From: Bacteroidota bacterium
GTDB taxonomy: Bacteria; Bacteroidota; Bacteroidia; UKL13-3
NCBI GenBank assembly: GCA_947477885.1
Contig: CANJUD010000004.1
Coordinates: 164,997 to 228,996 of the forward strand
Length of the DNA: 64,000 nt
Direction: 5' to 3'
Shown: positions 62,082 through 64,000 of the stretch, piece after piece
Numbering within the stretch: position 1 is the first letter of the stretch
How the letters are laid out: each line of letters opens with the position of its first letter
Position numbers and translations under genes: made by a program
Notes under the pieces: model-generated
The model's database searches: none
Seen by the model: the letters and a program-made list of their open reading frames with translations, nothing else
What the model was told of the DNA's origin: nothing

Positions 62082-62429
62082 ATGAAAATTATAAAATTTG
62101 AAGATATTATAGCTTGGCAAAAATCACAAGATTTTGCTGTAGAAATATATAGTTCATTTAAAGAATCAAAAGATTGGGATTTTAGAAATCAAATTTGCAG
62201 AGCGACGGTTTCTATTTCAAACAATATTGCCGAAGGTTTTGACAGAAGCTCTAATGCTGACTTTAAAAGGTTTCTTTATATGTCGTTAGCCTCATGCAGT
62301 GAAGTGAAATCCATGCTAATTTTAGCAAAACGCCTTGAATATTTAAATGAGAAAACAAGTAAAACCTTAATATTGCAATCGGAAGAAATTTCTAAAATAA
62401 TAAATGGCTTCATCAAATCACTAAAATAA
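62082..62429 (+). CDS. Four-helix-bundle protein (23S rRNA IVP / Avd-like family)
   Basis: FEDIIAWQKS...QICRATVSISNNIAEGFDR.SNADFKRFLYMSLASCSEVKSML. Confidence 0.92.
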   Translation: MKIIKFEDIIAWQKSQDFAVEIYSSFKESKDWDFRNQICRATVSISNNIAEGFDRSSNADFKRFLYMSLASCSEVKSMLILAKRLEYLNEKTSKTLILQSEEISKIINGFIKSLK

Positions 62430-62642
62430 CTAACCACTAAAAAGCACGCGTAAGCCACTGACTACTGTTTACTGACCACTGTTTACTAAATATGAAAATA
62501 ATAAATGGCTTCATCAAATCACTAAAATAACTAACCCCTAAAAAATCAGGCGTCAGCCACTGACTACTGACTACTGTTTACTGACCAATGACCACTAAAA
62601 AGCACGCGTAAGCCACTGACTACTGTTTACTGTCTACTAATT
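62430..62642. repeat. Inverse heptamer arms with caps and a third mini-ORF cassette
   Basis: Caps GCGTAAGC 62448, GCGTCAGC 62550, GCGTAAGC 62606; mini-ORF 62492-62530. Confidence 0.9.
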
Positions 62643-64000
62643 ATGAGAAGAAAAACCACCACCGTCACAATAGGAAACACGCCCATGGGCAGTGATTTCC
62701 CCATCCGTATACAATCCATGACTACCACGGATACAATGGACACAGAGAAAACTGTGGAGCAAAGTATTCGTATGATAGAGAGTGGTTGCGAGTATGTTCG
62801 TATTACTGCACCAAGTATTAACGAAGCACAGAATTTACAGAATATTATAGACGAATTACGCAAAAGTGGATATCATACTCCCCTAGTTGCTGATATACAT
62901 TTTACGCCTAATGCAGCGGAAGTTGCAGCGAGAATTGTAGAAAAAGTTCGCATCAATCCTGGGAATTTTGCAGATAAGAAAAAGTTTGAAACGATTGAAT
63001 ATAATGATGCAGAATATGAAGAAGAACTAGAACGCATCAAACAAAAATTCACGCCGCTTATACATATATGCAAAGAGCACGGCACTGCTATGCGTATTGG
63101 CACAAACCACGGCTCCCTGAGCGACCGAATCATGAGCAGATATGGAGACACGCCGCTAGGGATGGTAGAATCAGCTTTGGAATTTTTGAGAATTTGCAGG
63201 GCAGGAGACTATCATAATATTGTGCTCAGTATGAAAAGCAGCAACCCGCAAGTGATGGTGCAAGCGTATAGATTATTGGTGCAACGCATGGATATGGAAA
63301 ACATGCACTACCCTTTGCATATAGGTGTTACCGAAGCAGGCGATGGTGACGATGGCAGAATTAAATCTGCTATAGGAATTGGAACTTTATTGGAAGAAGG
63401 ATTGGGTGATACCGTCCGTGTTTCGCTTACCGAAGATCCAGAATTTGAAGCACCGGTTGCAAAAGCTTTGGTAGAAAGATATAATATCCCCGCTCCCGCC
63501 GAATTGATTACAGAAGATTATTCTGACTCCCTAAAAGTGAAAGAACATTATAGTCCTTTCAGTTATCAAAAACGCAAGACTATAGAAGTAGCAAACATCG
63601 GTGGACACCAATTGCCAAGGGTTATAGCTGATTTTTCCAACTTAGATACTATAACAGAATTCGACCTGCAGCAAGTGGGACATATATATGATGCTGCACT
63701 GGATAAATGGCATATGACCGAACAAGGTTGCGATTATATATATGCGAAAAATAGTATTATAAATTTCATGTTGCCCAATGGCTTGAAAGCAATATATGAT
63801 TATCATACTTGGGAGAAATTAGCTGATAGAGAAAATGCTTTTCCACTAATTGAAATTGGAAATACAAAAGACAATATTACCTGGCATTCCAAATTGAATT
63901 TTGTATATATCAATGATATTTCTCAAATATCTAAACTCCTGCATATCCCTGAAAACGCAGTGCTGGTGCTAGAGTGCAAACACGCCAGACCACTTACTAT
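62643..64000 (+). CDS. ispG: (E)-4-hydroxy-3-methylbut-2-enyl-diphosphate synthase (partial, runs off the window)
   Basis: Manual translation: PIRIQSMTTTDT, PLVADIHF, KVRINPGN, MRIGTNHGSLSDR, YPLHIGVTEAG, GDTVRVSLTE. Confidence 0.96.
   Translation, partial: MRRKTTTVTIGNTPMGSDFPIRIQSMTTTDTMDTEKTVEQSIRMIESGCEYVRITAPSINEAQNLQNIIDELRKSGYHTPLVADIHFTPNAAEVAARIVEKVRINPGNFADKKKFETIEYNDAEYEEELERIKQKFTPLIHICKEHGTAMRIGTNHGSLSDRIMSRYGDTPLGMVESALEFLRICRAGDYHNIVLSMKSSNPQVMVQAYRLLVQRMDMENMHYPLHIGVTEAGDGDDGRIKSAIGIGTLLEEGLGDTVRVSLTEDPEFEAPVAKALVERYNIPAPAELITEDYSDSLKVKEHYSPFSYQKRKTIEVANIGGHQLPRVIADFSNLDTITEFDLQQVGHIYDAALDKWHMTEQGCDYIYAKNSIINFMLPNGLKAIYDYHTWEKLADRENAFPLIEIGNTKDNITWHSKLNFVYINDISQISKLLHIPENAVLVLECKHARPLT

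Noticed and set aside
62082..62429. Diversity-generating retroelement, or a 23S rRNA intervening sequence
   Set aside because: No reverse transcriptase, no TR/VR pair with adenine-specific mismatches, and no rRNA in the window.

Overview
AT-rich chromosomal segment from a Bacteroidota bacterium, judged by T9SS cargo proteins, TAnnTTTG promoters and the long-type IspG. Housekeeping genes are asnS (partial), pabB-like, uvrC, a PPIase/SurA cluster, speA, tatC, a SpoU methyltransferase, gyrA, pduO-type adenosyltransferase and ispG (partial). These are interleaved with six T9SS-secreted proteins, two type II toxin-antitoxin pairs (one toxin frameshifted), a porin/lamin-tail cluster, a LytS/LytTR pair and gene remnants. 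I found no rRNA, tRNA, CRISPR array or transposase. The most striking signal is intergenic. About ten gene junctions carry 7-bp-period tandem arrays of different sequences (CAGTAGT, AGTATAA, ACGAATT, ATGAATG, AATTAAC and others). The arrays keep a fixed orientation, usually start from a shared GC-rich cap (GCGTHAGC or GCCGWATGG) and often form inverted pairs that enclose cargo. At 59.8-62.6 kb they expand to two ~30-unit arrays around a four-helix-bundle (23S-IVP/Avd-like) gene, alongside three 12-codon 'empty' copies of that gene made of its fused start and end. This looks like a repeat-bounded cassette or mobile system; its function is inference only.
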